DNA from: Eledone cirrhosa | Taxonomy: Eukaryota | NCBI GenBank assembly: GCA_964016885.1 | Contig: OZ024757.1 | Coordinates: forward strand, 9,238,001 to 9,302,000 | Length of the DNA stretch: 64,000 nt | Direction of reading: 5' to 3' | In this document: piece after piece, positions 15,001 through 29,471 of the stretch | Position numbering within the stretch: the stretch's first letter is position 1 | Layout: each line of letters starts with the position of its first letter | Position numbers and translations under genes: made by a program | Notes under the pieces: generated by a model | Databases searched by the model: none | What the model was told of the DNA's origin: nothing | What the model saw: the letters and a program-made list of their open reading frames with translations, nothing else

Positions 15001-18000
15001 GTTGGTGTTGACCTCTAGTATTTCTGAGACACAGCATTACCTCAGGTGATAGAGAGTCTCTCACTAATGCAATACAAGAGGGAATGTTGGTGTTGACCTC
15101 CAGTATTTCTGAGACACAGCATTACCTCAGGTGATAGAGGATCCTCCACTAATGCAATACAACAGGGAATGTTGGTGTTGACCTCTAGTATTTCTGAGAC
15201 ACAGCATTACCTCAGGTGATAGAGAGTCTCTCACTAATGCAATACAACAGGGAATGTTGGTGTTGACCTCTAATATTTCTGAGACACAGCATTACCTCAG
15301 GTGATAGAGAGTCTCTCACTAATGCAATACAACAGGGAATGTTGGTTTTGACCTCTAGTATTTCTGAGACACCGCATTACCTCAGGTGATAGAGAGTCTC
15401 TCACTAATGCAATACAAGAGGGAATGTTGGTGTTGACCTCCAGTATTTCTGAGACACAGCATTACCTCAGATGATAGAGTCTCTCACTAATGCAATACAA
15501 CAGGGAATGTTGGTTTTGACCTCTAATATTTCTGAGACACAGCATTACCTCAGGTGATAGAGGGTCCTCCACTAATGTAATACAACAGGGAATGTTGGTG
15601 TTGACCTCTAGTATTTCTGACACACAGCATTACCTCAGGTGATAGAGAGTCTCTCACTAATGCAATACAAGAGGGAATGTTGGTGTTGACCTCCAGTATT
15701 TCTGAGACACAGCATTACCTCAGGTGATAGAGGGTCCTCCACTAATGCAATACAACAGGGAATGTTGGTGTTGACCTCTAGTATTTCTGAGACACAGCAT
15801 TACCTCAGGTGATAGAGAGTCTCTCACTAATGCAATACAACAGGGAATGTTGGTGTTGACCTCTAATATTTCTGAGACACAGCATTACCTCAGGTGATAG
15901 AGAGTCTCTCACTAATGCAATACAACAGGGAATGTTGGTTTTGACCTCTAGTATTTCTGAGACACCGCATTACCTCAGGTGATAGAGAGTCTCTCACTAA
16001 TGCAATACAAGAGGGAATGTTGGTGTTGACCTCCAGTATTTCTGAGACACAGCATTACCTCAGGTGATAGAGTCTCTCACTAATGCAATACAACAGGGAA
16101 TGTTGGTTTTGACCTCTAATATTTCTGAGACACAGCATTACCTCAGGTGATAGAGGGTCCTCCACTAATGTAATACAACAGGGAATGTTGGTGTTGACCT
16201 CTAGTATTTCTGACACACAGCATTACCTCAGGTGATAGAGAGTCTCTCACTAATGCAATACAAGAGGGAATGTTGGTGTTGACCTCTAGTATTTCTGAGA
16301 CACAGCATTACCTCAGGTGATAGAGAGTCTCTCACTAATGCAATACAACAGGGAATGTTGGTGTTGACCTCTAGTATTTCTGAGACACAGCATTACCTCA
16401 GATGATAGTGTCCTCCACTAATGCAATACAACAGGGAATGTTGGTGTTGACCTCTTGTATTTCTGAGACACAGCATTACCTCAGGTGATAGAGAGTCCTC
16501 CACTAATGGAATACAACAGGGAATGTTGGTGTTGACCTCTAGTATTTCTGAGACACAGCATTACCTCAGGTGATAGAGAGTCCTCCACTAATGCAATACA
16601 ACAGGGAATGTTGGTGTTGACCTCTAGTATTTCTGAGACGCAGCATTACCTCAGATGATAGAGAGTCTCTCACTAATGCAATACAACAGGGAATGTTGGT
16701 GTTGACCTCTAGTATTTCTGAGACACAGCATTACCTCAGATGATAGAGTGTCCTCCACTAATGCAATACAACAGGGAATGTTGGTGTTGACCTCTAGTAT
16801 TTCTGAGACACAGCATTACCTCAGGTGATAAGGAGTCTCTCACTAATGCAATACAACAGGGAATGTTGGTGTTGACCTCTAGTATTTCTGAGACACAGCA
16901 TTACCTCAGGTGATAGAGAGTCCTCCACTAATGCAATACAACAGGGAATGTTGGTGTTGACCTCTAGTATTTCTGAGACACAGCATTACCTCAGATGATA
17001 GAGAGTCTCTCACTAATGCAATACAAGAGGGAATGTTGGTGTTGACCTCTAGTATTTCTGAGACAGCATTACCTCAGGTGATAAAGTCTCTCACTAATGC
17101 AATACAACAGGGAATGTTGGTGTTGACCTCTAGTATTTCTGAGACACAGCATTACTTCAGGTGATAGAGAGTCTCTCACTAATGCAATACAACAGGGAAT
17201 GTTGGTGTTGACCTCTAATATTTCTGAGACACAACATTACCTCAGGTGATAGAGAGTCTCTCACTAATGCAATACAAGAGGGAATGTTGGTGTTGACCTC
17301 TAGTATTTCTGAGACACCGCATTACCTCAGGTGATAGAGTCTCTCACTAATGCAATACAACAGGGAATGTTGGTTTTGACCTCTAATATTTCTGAGATAC
17401 AGCATTACCTCAGGTGATAGAGGGTCCTCCACTAATGTAATACAACAGGGAATGTTGGTGTTGACCTCTAGTATTTCTGAGACACAGCATTACCTCAGGT
17501 GATAGAGAGTCTCTCACTAATGCAATACAAGAGGGAATGTTGGTGTTGACCTCCAGTATTTCTGAGACACAGCATTACCTCAGGTGATAGAGGATCCTCC
17601 ACTAATGCAATACAACAGGGAATGTTGGTGTTGACCTCTAGTATTTCTGAGACACAGCATTACCTCAGGTGATAGAGAGTCTCTCACTAATGCAATACAA
17701 CAGGGAATGTTGGTGTTGACCTCTAATATTTCTGAGACACAGCATTACCTCAGGTGATAGAGAGTCTCTCACTAATGCAATACAACAGGGAATGTTGGTT
17801 TTGACCTCTAGTATTTCTGAGACACCGCATTACCTCAGGTGATAGAGAGTCTCTCACTAATGCAATACAAGAGGGAATGTTGGTGTTGACCTCCAGTATT
17901 TCTGAGACACAGCATTACCTCAGATGATAGAGTCTCTCACTAATGCAATACAACAGGGAATGTTGGTTTTGACCTCTAATATTTCTGAGACACAGCATTA

Positions 18001-21000
18001 CCTCAGGTGATAGAGGGTCCTCCACTAATGTAATACAACAGGGAATGTTGGTGTTGACCTCTAGTATTTCTGACACACAGCATTACCTCAGGTGATAGAG
18101 AGTCTCTCACTAATGCAATACAAGAGGGAATGTTGGTGTTGACCTCCAGTATTTCTGAGACACAGCATTACCTCAGGTGATAGAGGGTCCTCCACTAATG
18201 CAATACAACAGGGAATGTTGGTGTTGACCTCTAGTATTTCTGAGACACAGCATTACCTCAGGTGATAGAGAGTCTCTCACTAATGCAATACAACAGGGAA
18301 TGTTGGTGTTGACCTCTAATATTTCTGAGACACAGCATTACCTCAGGTGATAGAGAGTCTCTCACTAATGCAATACAACAGGGAATGTTGGTTTTGACCT
18401 CTAGTATTTCTGAGACACCGCATTACCTCAGGTGATAGAGAGTCTCTCACTAATGCAATACAAGAGGGAATGTTGGTGTTGACCTCCAGTATTTCTGAGA
18501 CACAGCATTACCTCAGGTGATAGAGTCTCTCACTAATGCAATACAACAGGGAATGTTGGTTTTGACCTCTAATATTTCTGAGACACAGCATTACCTCAGG
18601 TGATAGAGGGTCCTCCACTAATGTAATACAACAGGGAATGTTGGTGTTGACCTCTAGTATTTCTGACACACAGCATTACCTCAGGTGATAGAGAGTCTCT
18701 CACTAATGCAATACAAGAGGGAATGTTGGTGTTGACCTCTAGTATTTCTGAGACACAGCATTACCTCAGGTGATAGAGAGTCTCTCACTAATGCAATACA
18801 ACAGGGAATGTTGGTGTTGACCTCTAGTATTTCTGAGACACAGCATTACCTCAGGTGATAGAGAATCTGTCACTAATGCAATACAACAGGGGATTTTGGT
18901 GTAGACCTCTAGTATTTCTGAGACACAGCATTACCTCAGGTGATAGAGGGTCCTCAACTAATGTAATACAACAGGGAATGTTGGTGTTGACCTCTAGTAT
19001 TTCTGAGACACAGCATTACCTCAGGTGATAGAGAGTCTCCCACTAATGCAATACAACAGGGAATGTTGGTGTTGACCTCTAGTATTTCTGAGACACAGCA
19101 TTACCTCAGGTGATAGAGAGTCTCTCACTAATGCAATACAACAGAGAATGTTGGTGTTGACCTCCAGTATTTCTGAGACACAGCATTACCTCAGGTGATA
19201 GAGAGTCTCTCACTAATGCAATACAACAGGGAATGTTGGTGTTGACCTCTAATATTTCTGAGACGCAGCATTACCTCAGGTGATAGAGAGTCTCTCACTA
19301 ATGCAATACAACAGGGAATGTTGGTTTTGACCTCTAGTATTTCTGAGACACCGCATTACCTCAGGTGATAGAGGGTCCTCCACTAATGCAATACAACAGG
19401 GAATGTTGGTGTTGACCTCTAGTATTTCTGAGACACAGCATTACATCAGGTGATAGAGGGTCCTCCACTAATGCAATACAACAGGGAATGTTGGTGCTGA
19501 CCTCTAGTATTTCTGAGACACCGCATTACCTCAGGTGATAGAGGGTCCTCCACTAATGCAATACAACAGGGAATGTTGGTGTTTACCTCTAATATTTCTG
19601 AGACACAGCATTACCTCAGGTGATAGAGAGTCTCTCACTAATGCAATACAACAGGGAATGTTGGTGTTGACCTCTAACATATCAGAGATAAGACAGCATT
19701 ACCTCAGATGATAGAGGGTCCTCCACTAATGCAATACAACAGGGAATGTTGGTGTTGACCTCTAGTATTTCTGAGACACAGCATTACCTCAGATGATAGA
19801 GAGTCTCCCACTAATGCAATACAACAGGGAATGTTGGTGTTGACCTCTAGTATTTCTGAGACACAGCATTACCTCAGATGATAGAGAGTCTCTCACTAAT
19901 GCAATACAAGAGGGAATGTTGGTGTTGACCTCTAGTATTTCTGAGACAGCATTACCTCAGGTGATAAGGAGTCTCTCACTAATGCAATACAACAGGGAAT
20001 GTTGGTGTTGACCTCTAGTATTTCTGAGACACAGCATTACCTCAGATGATAGAGAGTCTCTCACTAATGCAATGCAACAGGGAATGTTGGTGTTGACCTC
20101 TAGTATTTCTGAGACACAGCATTACCTCAGATGATAGTGTCCTCCACTAATGCAATACAACAGGGAATGTTGGTGTTGACCTCTAGTATTTCTGAGACAC
20201 AGCATTACCTCAGGTGATAGAGAGTCCTCCACTAATGGAATACAACAGGGAATGTTGGTGTTGACCTCTAGTATTTCTGAGACACAGCATTACCTCAGGT
20301 GATAGAGAGTCCTCCACTAATGCAATACAACAGGGAATGTTGGTGTTGACCTCTAGTATTTCTGAGACGCAGCATTACCTCAGATGATAGAGAGTCTCTC
20401 ACTAATGCAATACAACAGGGAATGTTGGTGTTGACCTCTAGTATTTCTGAGACACAGCATTACCTCAGATGATAGAGTGTCCTCCACTAATGCAATACAA
20501 CAGGGAATGTTGGTGTTGACCTCTAGTATTTCTGAGACACAGCATTACCTCAGGTGATAAGGAGTCTCTCACTAATGCAATACAACAGGGAATGTTGGTG
20601 TTGACCTCTAGTATTTCTGAGACACAGCATTACCTCAGGTGATAGAGAGTCCTCCACTAATGCAATACAACAGGGAATGTTGGTGTTGACCTCTAGTATT
20701 TCTGAGACACAGCATTACCTCAGATGATAGAGAGTCTCTCACTAATGCAATACAAGAGGGAATGTTGGTGTTGACCTCTAGTATTTCTGAGACAGCATTA
20801 CCTCAGGTGATAAAGTCTCTCACTAATGCAATACAACAGGGAATGTTGGTGTTGACCTCTAGTATTTCTGAGACACAGCATTACTTCAGGTGATAGAGAG
20901 TCTCTCACTAATGCAATACAACAGGGAATGTTGGTGTTGACCTCTAATATTTCTGAGACACAGCATTACCTCAGGTGATAGAGAGTCTCTCACTAATGCA

Positions 21001-24000
21001 ATACAAGATGGAATGTTGGTGTTGACCTCTAGTATTTCTGAGACACCGCATTACCTCAGGTGATAGAGTCTCTCACTAATGCAATACAACAGGGAATGTT
21101 GGTTTTGACCTCTAATATTTCTGAGATACAGCATTACCTCAGGTGATAGAGGGTCCTCCACTAATGTAATACAACAGGGAATGTTGGTGTTGACCTCTAG
21201 TATTTCTGAGACACAGCATTACCTCAGGTGATAGAGAGTCTCTCACTAATGCAATACAAGAGGGAATGTTGGTGTTGACCTCCAGTATTTCTGAGACACA
21301 GCATTACCTCAGGTGATAGAGGATCCTCCACTAATGCAATACAACAGGGAATGTTGGTGTTGACCTCTAGTATTTCTGAGACACAGCATTACCTCAGGTG
21401 ATAGAGAGTCTCTCACTAATGCAATACAACAGGGAATGTTGGTGTTGACCTCTAGTATTTCTGACACACAGCATTACCTCAGGTGATAGAGAGTCTCTCA
21501 CTAATGCAATACAAGAGGGAATGTTGGTGTTGACCTCCAGTATTTCTGAGACACAGCATTACCTCAGGTGATAGAGGGTCCTCCACTAATGCAATACAAC
21601 AGGGAATGTTGGTGTTGACCTCTAGTATTTCTGAGACACAGCATTACCTCAGGTGATAGAGAGTCTCTCACTAATGCAATACAACAGGGAATGTTGGTGT
21701 TGACCTCTAATATTTCTGAGACACAGCATTACCTCAGGTGATAGAGAGTCTCTCACTAATGCAATACAACAGGGAATGTTGGTTTTGACCTCTAGTATTT
21801 CTGAGACACTGCATTACCTCAGGTGATAGAGAGTCTCTCACTAATGCAATACAAGAGGGAATGTTGGTGTTGACCTCCAGTATTTCTGAGACACAGCATT
21901 ACCTCAGGTGATAGAGTCTCTCACTAATGCAATACAACAGGGAATGTTGGTTTTGACCTCTAATATTTCTGAGACACAGCATTACCTCAGGTGATAGAGG
22001 GTCCTCCACTAATGTAATACAACAGGGAATGTTGGTGTTGACCTCTAGTATTTCTGACACACAGCATTACCTCAGGTGATAGAGAGTCTCTCACTAATGC
22101 AATACAACAGGGAATGTTGGTGTTGACCTCTAGTATTTCTGAGACACAGCATTACCTCAGGTGATAGAGAGTCTCTCACTAATGCAATACAACAGGGAAT
22201 GTTGGTGTTGACCTCTAGTATTTCTGAGACACAGCATTACCTCAGGTGATAGAGAATCTGTCACTAATGCAATACAACAGGGGATTTTGGTGTAGACCTC
22301 TAGTATTTCTGAGACACAGCATTACCTCAGGTGATAGAGGGTCCTCAACTAATGTAATACAACAGGGAATGTTGGTGTTGACCTCTAGTATTTCTGAGAC
22401 ACAGCATTACCTCAGGTGATAGAGAGTCTCCCACTAATGCAATACAACAGGGAATGTTGGTGTTGACCTCTAGTATTTCTGAGACACAGCATTACCTCAG
22501 GTGATAGAGAGTCTCTCACTAATGCAATACAACAGGGAATGTTGGTGTTGACCTCCAGTATTTCTGAGACACAGCATTACCTCAGGTGATAGAGAGTCTC
22601 TCACTAATGCAATACAAGAGGGAATGTTGGTGTTGACCTCTAGTATTTCTGAGACAGCATTACCTCAGGTGATAAAGTCTCTCACTAATGCAATACAACA
22701 GGGAATGTTGGTGTTGACCTCTAGTATTTCTGAGACACAGCATTACTTCAGGTGATAGAGAGTCTCTCACTAATGCAATACAACAGGGAATGTTGGTGTT
22801 GACCTCTAATATTTCTGAGACACAGCATTACCTCAGGTGATAGAGAGTCTCTCACTAATGCAATACAAGATGGAATGTTGGTGTTGACCTCTAGTATTTC
22901 TGAGACACCGCATTACCTCAGGTGATAGAGTCTCTCACTAATGCAATACAACAGGGAATGTTGGTTTTGACCTCTAATATTTCTGAGATACAGCATTACC
23001 TCAGGTGATAGAGGGTCCTCCACTAATGTAATACAACAGGGAATGTTGGTGTTGACCTCTAGTATTTCTGAGACACAGCATTACCTCAGGTGATAGAGAG
23101 TCTCTCACTAATGCAATACAAGAGGGAATGTTGGTGTTGACCTCCAGTATTTCTGAGACACAGCATTACCTCAGGTGATAGAGGATCCTCCACTAATGCA
23201 ATACAACAGGGAATGTTGGTGTTGACCTCTAGTATTTCTGAGACACAGCATTACCTCAGGTGATAGAGAGTCTCTCACTAATGCAATACAACAGGGAATG
23301 TTGGTGTTGACCTCTAGTATTTCTGACACACAGCATTACCTCAGGTGATAGAGAGTCTCTCACTAATGCAATACAAGAGGGAATGTTGGTGTTGACCTCC
23401 AGTATTTCTGAGACACAGCATTACCTCAGGTGATAGAGGGTCCTCCACTAATGCAATACAACAGGGAATGTTGGTGTTGACCTCTAGTATTTCTGAGACA
23501 CAGCATTACCTCAGGTGATAGAGAGTCTCTCACTAATGCAATACAACAGGGAATGTTGGTGTTGACCTCTAATATTTCTGAGACACAGCATTACCTCAGG
23601 TGATAGAGAGTCTCTCACTAATGCAATACAACAGGGAATGTTGGTTTTGACCTCTAGTATTTCTGAGACACTGCATTACCTCAGGTGATAGAGAGTCTCT
23701 CACTAATGCAATACAAGAGGGAATGTTGGTGTTGACCTCCAGTATTTCTGAGACACAGCATTACCTCAGGTGATAGAGTCTCTCACTAATGCAATACAAC
23801 AGGGAATGTTGGTTTTGACCTCTAATATTTCTGAGACACAGCATTACCTCAGGTGATAGAGGGTCCTCCACTAATGTAATACAACAGGGAATGTTGGTGT
23901 TGACCTCTAGTATTTCTGACACACAGCATTACCTCAGGTGATAGAGAGTCTCTCACTAATGCAATACAACAGGGAATGTTGGTGTTGACCTCTAGTATTT

Positions 24001-24997
24001 CTGAGACACAGCATTACCTCAGGTGATAGAGAGTCTCTCACTAATGCAATACAACAGGGAATGTTGGTGTTGACCTCTAGTATTTCTGAGACACAGCATT
24101 ACCTCAGGTGATAGAGAATCTGTCACTAATGCAATACAACAGGGGATTTTGGTGTAGACCTCTAGTATTTCTGAGACACAGCATTACCTCAGGTGATAGA
24201 GGGTCCTCAACTAATGTAATACAACAGGGAATGTTGGTGTTGACCTCTAGTATTTCTGAGACACAGCATTACCTCAGGTGATAGAGAGTCTCCCACTAAT
24301 GCAATACAACAGGGAATGTTGGTGTTGACCTCTAGTATTTCTGAGACACAGCATTACCTCAGGTGATAGAGAGTCTCTCACTAATGCAATACAACAGGGA
24401 ATGTTGGTGTTGACCTCCAGTATTTCTGAGACACAGCATTACCTCAGGTGATAGAGAGTCTCTCACTAATGCAATACAACAGGGAATGTTGGTGTTGACC
24501 TCTAATATTTCTGAGACACCGCATTACCTCAGGTGATAGAGGGTCCTCCACTAATGCAATACAACAGGGAATGTTGGTGTTGACCTCTAGTATTTCTGAG
24601 ACACAGCATTACATCAGGTGATAGAGGGTCCTCCACTAATGCAATACAACAGGGAATGTTGGTGCTGACCTCTAGTATTTCTGAGACACCGCATTACCTC
24701 AGGTGATAGAGGGTCCTCCACTAATGCAATACAACAGGGAATGTTGGTGTTTACCTCTAATATTTCTGAGACACAGCATTACCTCAGGTGATAGAGAGTC
24801 TCTCACTAATGCAATACAACAGGGAATGTTGGTTTTGACCTCTAGTATTTCTGAGACACAGCATTACCTCAGGTGATAGAGGGTCCTCCACTAATGCAAT
24901 ACAACAGGGAATGTTGGTGTTGACCTCTAGTATTTCTGAGACACAGCATTACCTCAGGTGATAGAGAGTCTCTCACTAATACAATACAACAGGGAAT
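1..24997. repeat. 85-bp tandem satellite array (~294 monomers, runs off the left edge) with higher-order repeats
   Basis: Monomer TGTTGACCTCTAGTATTTCTGAGACACAGCATTACCTCAGGTGATAGAGAGTCTCTCACTAATGCAATACAACAGGGAATGTTGG recurs at 1, 86, etc. Rare variant monomers recur at kb-scale spacings. Confidence 0.99.
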
Positions 24998-25137
24998 TTT
25001 AGGTATTACAGAAAAAAAAAGAAATTTTACATTTCTATCATTAAAAATGAATCTAGGAAGACAGATTGGTTGGAACAGGTGATTTCTTCCAGAGAATGAG
25101 AGAGAGGAAGTGAGAAAGAAATATAGGGAGGAAGAAC

Positions 25138-25470
25138 AGACCCCTGTGGTAGACAGGTACTTTTTTGTTATCAACCTTGAATGGATGAAAGACAAAGTTG
25201 ACCTCAGCAGGATTTAAACTCAGAGCAGAGAACCAGAACAAATATGGCAGAAAGCATTCCATCCATTGTTTTATAGACTTTAAATAAATGTTTCTACTTT
25301 TAACTCAACCCCAGTACATTACTGGTACTTTATTTTACTGAACCTCTGAGAAAGAAGAGTAAAGCTAACCTCAGCAGGATTTTAATACAGAACGTAAAGG
25401 GATGTAACTATATGACACAAAGCATATCGTCTGACACTCTACTGATTCTGCCAATCCACCACCATCACCA
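25138..25470 (-). mobile_element. Two degraded tRNA-derived SINE copies (mirror of 50748-51070)
   Basis: Reverse complement contains TGGCAGAATCAGTAGAG (A-box-like), a degenerate B box, GAGGTCAACTTTG..TTTCATCC and AAGTACCAG, as in the other SINE copies. Confidence 0.7.
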
Positions 25471-25867
25471 ATAAAATAAGATTGTGTCTCTATAAGAAAC
25501 CTTAATGACAAATATGAAGTAGAACATTCTACAGGGTGTATTTGTGGATTACAATACAAAACCTGAGAATAATTTCCAACATATTTCACCATAATAAATG
25601 TTCATTAATATATATTATTATTTCGTGGCATTCTTGAGATCATTAATCCCGACCTGAACATCCCTAGACATCTGATCTATGTAGGTCATTTTCAGTCATC
25701 TCACTAGGGTCTTACTATGTTTAGGTATCCACCACAGGAGCCAGCTTATCAGGTCATCCCTTCTTCAGTAGGAATGTCTGGCATATCTTGTCCTTCGCTC
25801 CCTAGTTATTGTAGTAATCTTCAATATATGGCAGTATACTTCTTCCATTTGATAGAGTATATATATA

Positions 25868-26372
25868 TAGATGCATATGAAGGATGACAGCTGCATTAAA
25901 AGGTGCAGAGCACTAAATGTCGCTGGAGGCCTTGGAGTGGGGAGATCCATGAAGACCCGGGATGAGGTGATAAAAGCTGACCTTGCCCAATTGCACCTCT
26001 CAAAGGCGATGACGCAGGACGGTGCCCTCTGGCATCATGCAGTAATACAGAAGACTCGACTACAAGCCGAAGCTGAAGCATATAGACAAATATGTCCCCA
26101 TCCCCACCCACTGCAAAGTGGTTGACAAAATATCACCCAGCCCACATTGTAAAGTGGCTGTGTAGGCGCCATGGTAAAAAAAGCACCTAGCACTCACAGT
26201 AAATGAGGTTTTGTGTTAGGAAGGACATCAAGCTGTAGAAATCAAGCCAAAATCAGTTCCCATATGAGCAAGACAAGGTCACCCGACCTGGCATTCCCCG
26301 CAACAGGACTACCCGTCTACCTTATGCTAGCATGGAAGAATGGAGGTAAAACGGTGATGATGATAAGTATAA
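25868..26372 (+). mobile_element. 3' fragment of an RTE-clade LINE
   Basis: Translates MHMKDDSCIKRCRAL..GVGRSMKTRDEVIKADL, homologous to the C-terminus of the RTE at 53545-53943. Ends in a (GAT)n tail at ~26355-26365. Confidence 0.8.
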
Positions 26373-26462
26373 GATAAGGATTTTTCAAGCTTCACAGTGT
26401 ATATTCTTCCTTCCAGAGTGTGTCTGTATAGTTGTGTGTTTCACATTTCACAGTGATGGGGT

Positions 26463-27308
<846 letters not shown>

Positions 27309-28296
27309 ATTTCTAGCTAGAGATCTTTACATAAAGGATTCTCACTACTTTTACTGATACATTAAGAAATGTAGATATCGTTAATAGATGTCATCTATTC
27401 TAATATACAGAGTGTCCATAAAAGACTGCAGAAGTCCGCTTTCTTCTTCTACAAAGTTGTAATGTAACATTTAATTGGTACAAGTAATAAGACATGTGAC
27501 AGTATAAGACTGATCTTGGATGAAGAAAAGGCAAGTGCTTTTATGTATATATATATATATATGATTCTTGTGGATTATTCGCCTATTATTTTTGTTAAGG
27601 TGAGAGCTCTATTCACAATAAAATCCTCAGCTCATAAAACTGACGAATAAGACTTCTATAGTTAAGGTTCTTGTTATTGGGGACAGTTCAGGTCAGAAGA
27701 GAATTAATATCCATAATTTCAAAAGATGAAGGTTAATATATATACAGACATATATATACAGACATACAGTGTGTAGGTATGAGAGAGAGAAATAGACGTG
27801 TGTGTGTGTGTGTAGAAATATGTGTGTAGGTGTTGTAATAAATCAAGATATTTCACTTCAGATAGAAAAGTTCACAATGTTTGTGTTGTGGTGGAAAAGG
27901 AAATAATACGTACTTTAGTTGTCAAGACCAAATATAAAGTCAAGAAAAGTTAGTAAAAACTAAATGTTCACTGATTTCTGATTAAAATAATATTTTCCTG
28001 TCCTGTAAAATGTTGAACAACCCCTTCAATATTTAATAATACAGGTGATAAAACAACAACTATGAGGTAAATAAGTCACCTTATGTTATTTATAAACATT
28101 AACGTCCACCTTAATATGAAATAATCACCATAAAAGATAAAATTAGATGAGGTTTAAGTTGTAACAATGGAGCTGATATAAATGGTAACATTACACCGTC
28201 TAGTTGACACCGGTGTCATGACTTAAAAGTCCCCCACATAATTTAATACATTCAGAAACAACTTCCGTTATATGAACTACCAGAAAACCACCCGAT

Positions 28297-28460
28297 GGTA
28301 GCGTGTGTAGTGTGTATATTGATATTATACGCAGGTATGTATGATACATGTATATATATACCTGCGTGTAATATCAATATACACACTACACATGCTACCT
28401 TTGGGTCGTATTCTGCTAGCATGTGTAGTGTGTATATTGATATTATACGCAAGTATATAT
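28297..28460. repeat. Forward-inverted-forward triplet of a ~42-bp unit (hairpin-forming)
   Basis: GGTAGCGTGTGTAGTGTGTATATTGATATTATACGCAGGTAT (28297-28338), a near reverse complement (~28358-28399), then forward again (~28417-28460). Confidence 0.9.
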
Positions 28461-28511
28461 ATATACATGTAGATATGGTACATCAAATAAAATCGTAATT
28501 TACAATATATA

Positions 28512-28700
28512 ATTGTTTCTACGTTAGGCACAAGTCCAGCAAATAACCAGTGTATTACTGGTACTTTATTTTATCGACCTCGTATTGATGAAAGGCAAAG
28601 TTAACCTCGGCGGGATTTGAACTCAGATCATAAAGGGAGGTAACTCTATGCTACAAAGCTTGGCGTCCGACGCTCTGCCGACACTGCCAATCCAACGAAA
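28512..28700 (-). mobile_element. tRNA-derived SINE (chimeric copy)
   Basis: Reverse complement: TGGCAGTGTCGGCAGAGCG (A box)...GAGTTCAAATCCC (B box)...GTCGATAAAATAAAGTACCAG...GTAGAAAC. Confidence 0.85.
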
Positions 28701-29471
28701 TTAACGGGAGAGGGACAGACTTTATATTTCAGTCTGAGCTGTGATGTAGCCCCACCCTACAGACAAAATAGCAAAGGTTTTTCACCATAGAGAATAGCCA
28801 GAGTCACCCACTACAACATCCACCCCACCTCATGGGACTACTTCCTCAAGGGGGCTGCTGTGTTTCTAATTTTGACAAGGAAATCAGCAGTGTGGGGACA
28901 AAGAGGAAGTGGTCTGTCAGGCCCCAGTATTTAACTATCTCCCTCTTCTCTCTATTACAGGTAGTAAAGCCTGGGTTTGTGGCTGCAGTGAAAATGTTGG
29001 AGGCAGGGAATGATCCAACCCATGCTAAACCTCCAACTAAAGCTGATTCTTGTCTTTTTCAGCTGTGGAGATTAGAGACATGTGGAATGATGTGTCTTGC
29101 TTAAGGACACAATGTACCTCCCTAACTGAGAATTGAAAACATGATATTACCATATGTTGTATGACTTCACTATACAATATATATGTGTTTGTATACATAT
29201 ATATAGTATATATTTGTGTATACATTGTCTCATTCCATGAGAGTAACTTGGTCAGTCTATGAACTCCTCATCTGACCCTTCTATATGTATATACATGTTT
29301 GTCAGTGTGTGTGTACATATGTATATAGAATATTGTCACAGCTACTATACACACCACATATACACTATATATAATATTGTCCAATATATATAGACTATAT
29401 GTCATGTTGTCCAAGGGAAAGGCCGATATAGATCAGCACCAGTGACATTACAACTATTATATACACTATAT

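Noticed and set aside
1-24997. CRISPR array or coding tandem repeat
   Set aside because: There are no unique spacers and no cas genes. The 85-bp unit is not a multiple of 3 and contains stops; the ORF track shows nothing until the array edge.
24869-25950. Short ORFs (108, 69, 73 and 61 aa) with 'conserved' partners at 50.3-51.3 kb
   Set aside because: The apparent conservation comes from the inverted duplication. They overlap SINE, RTE or satellite sequence and show no protein motifs.
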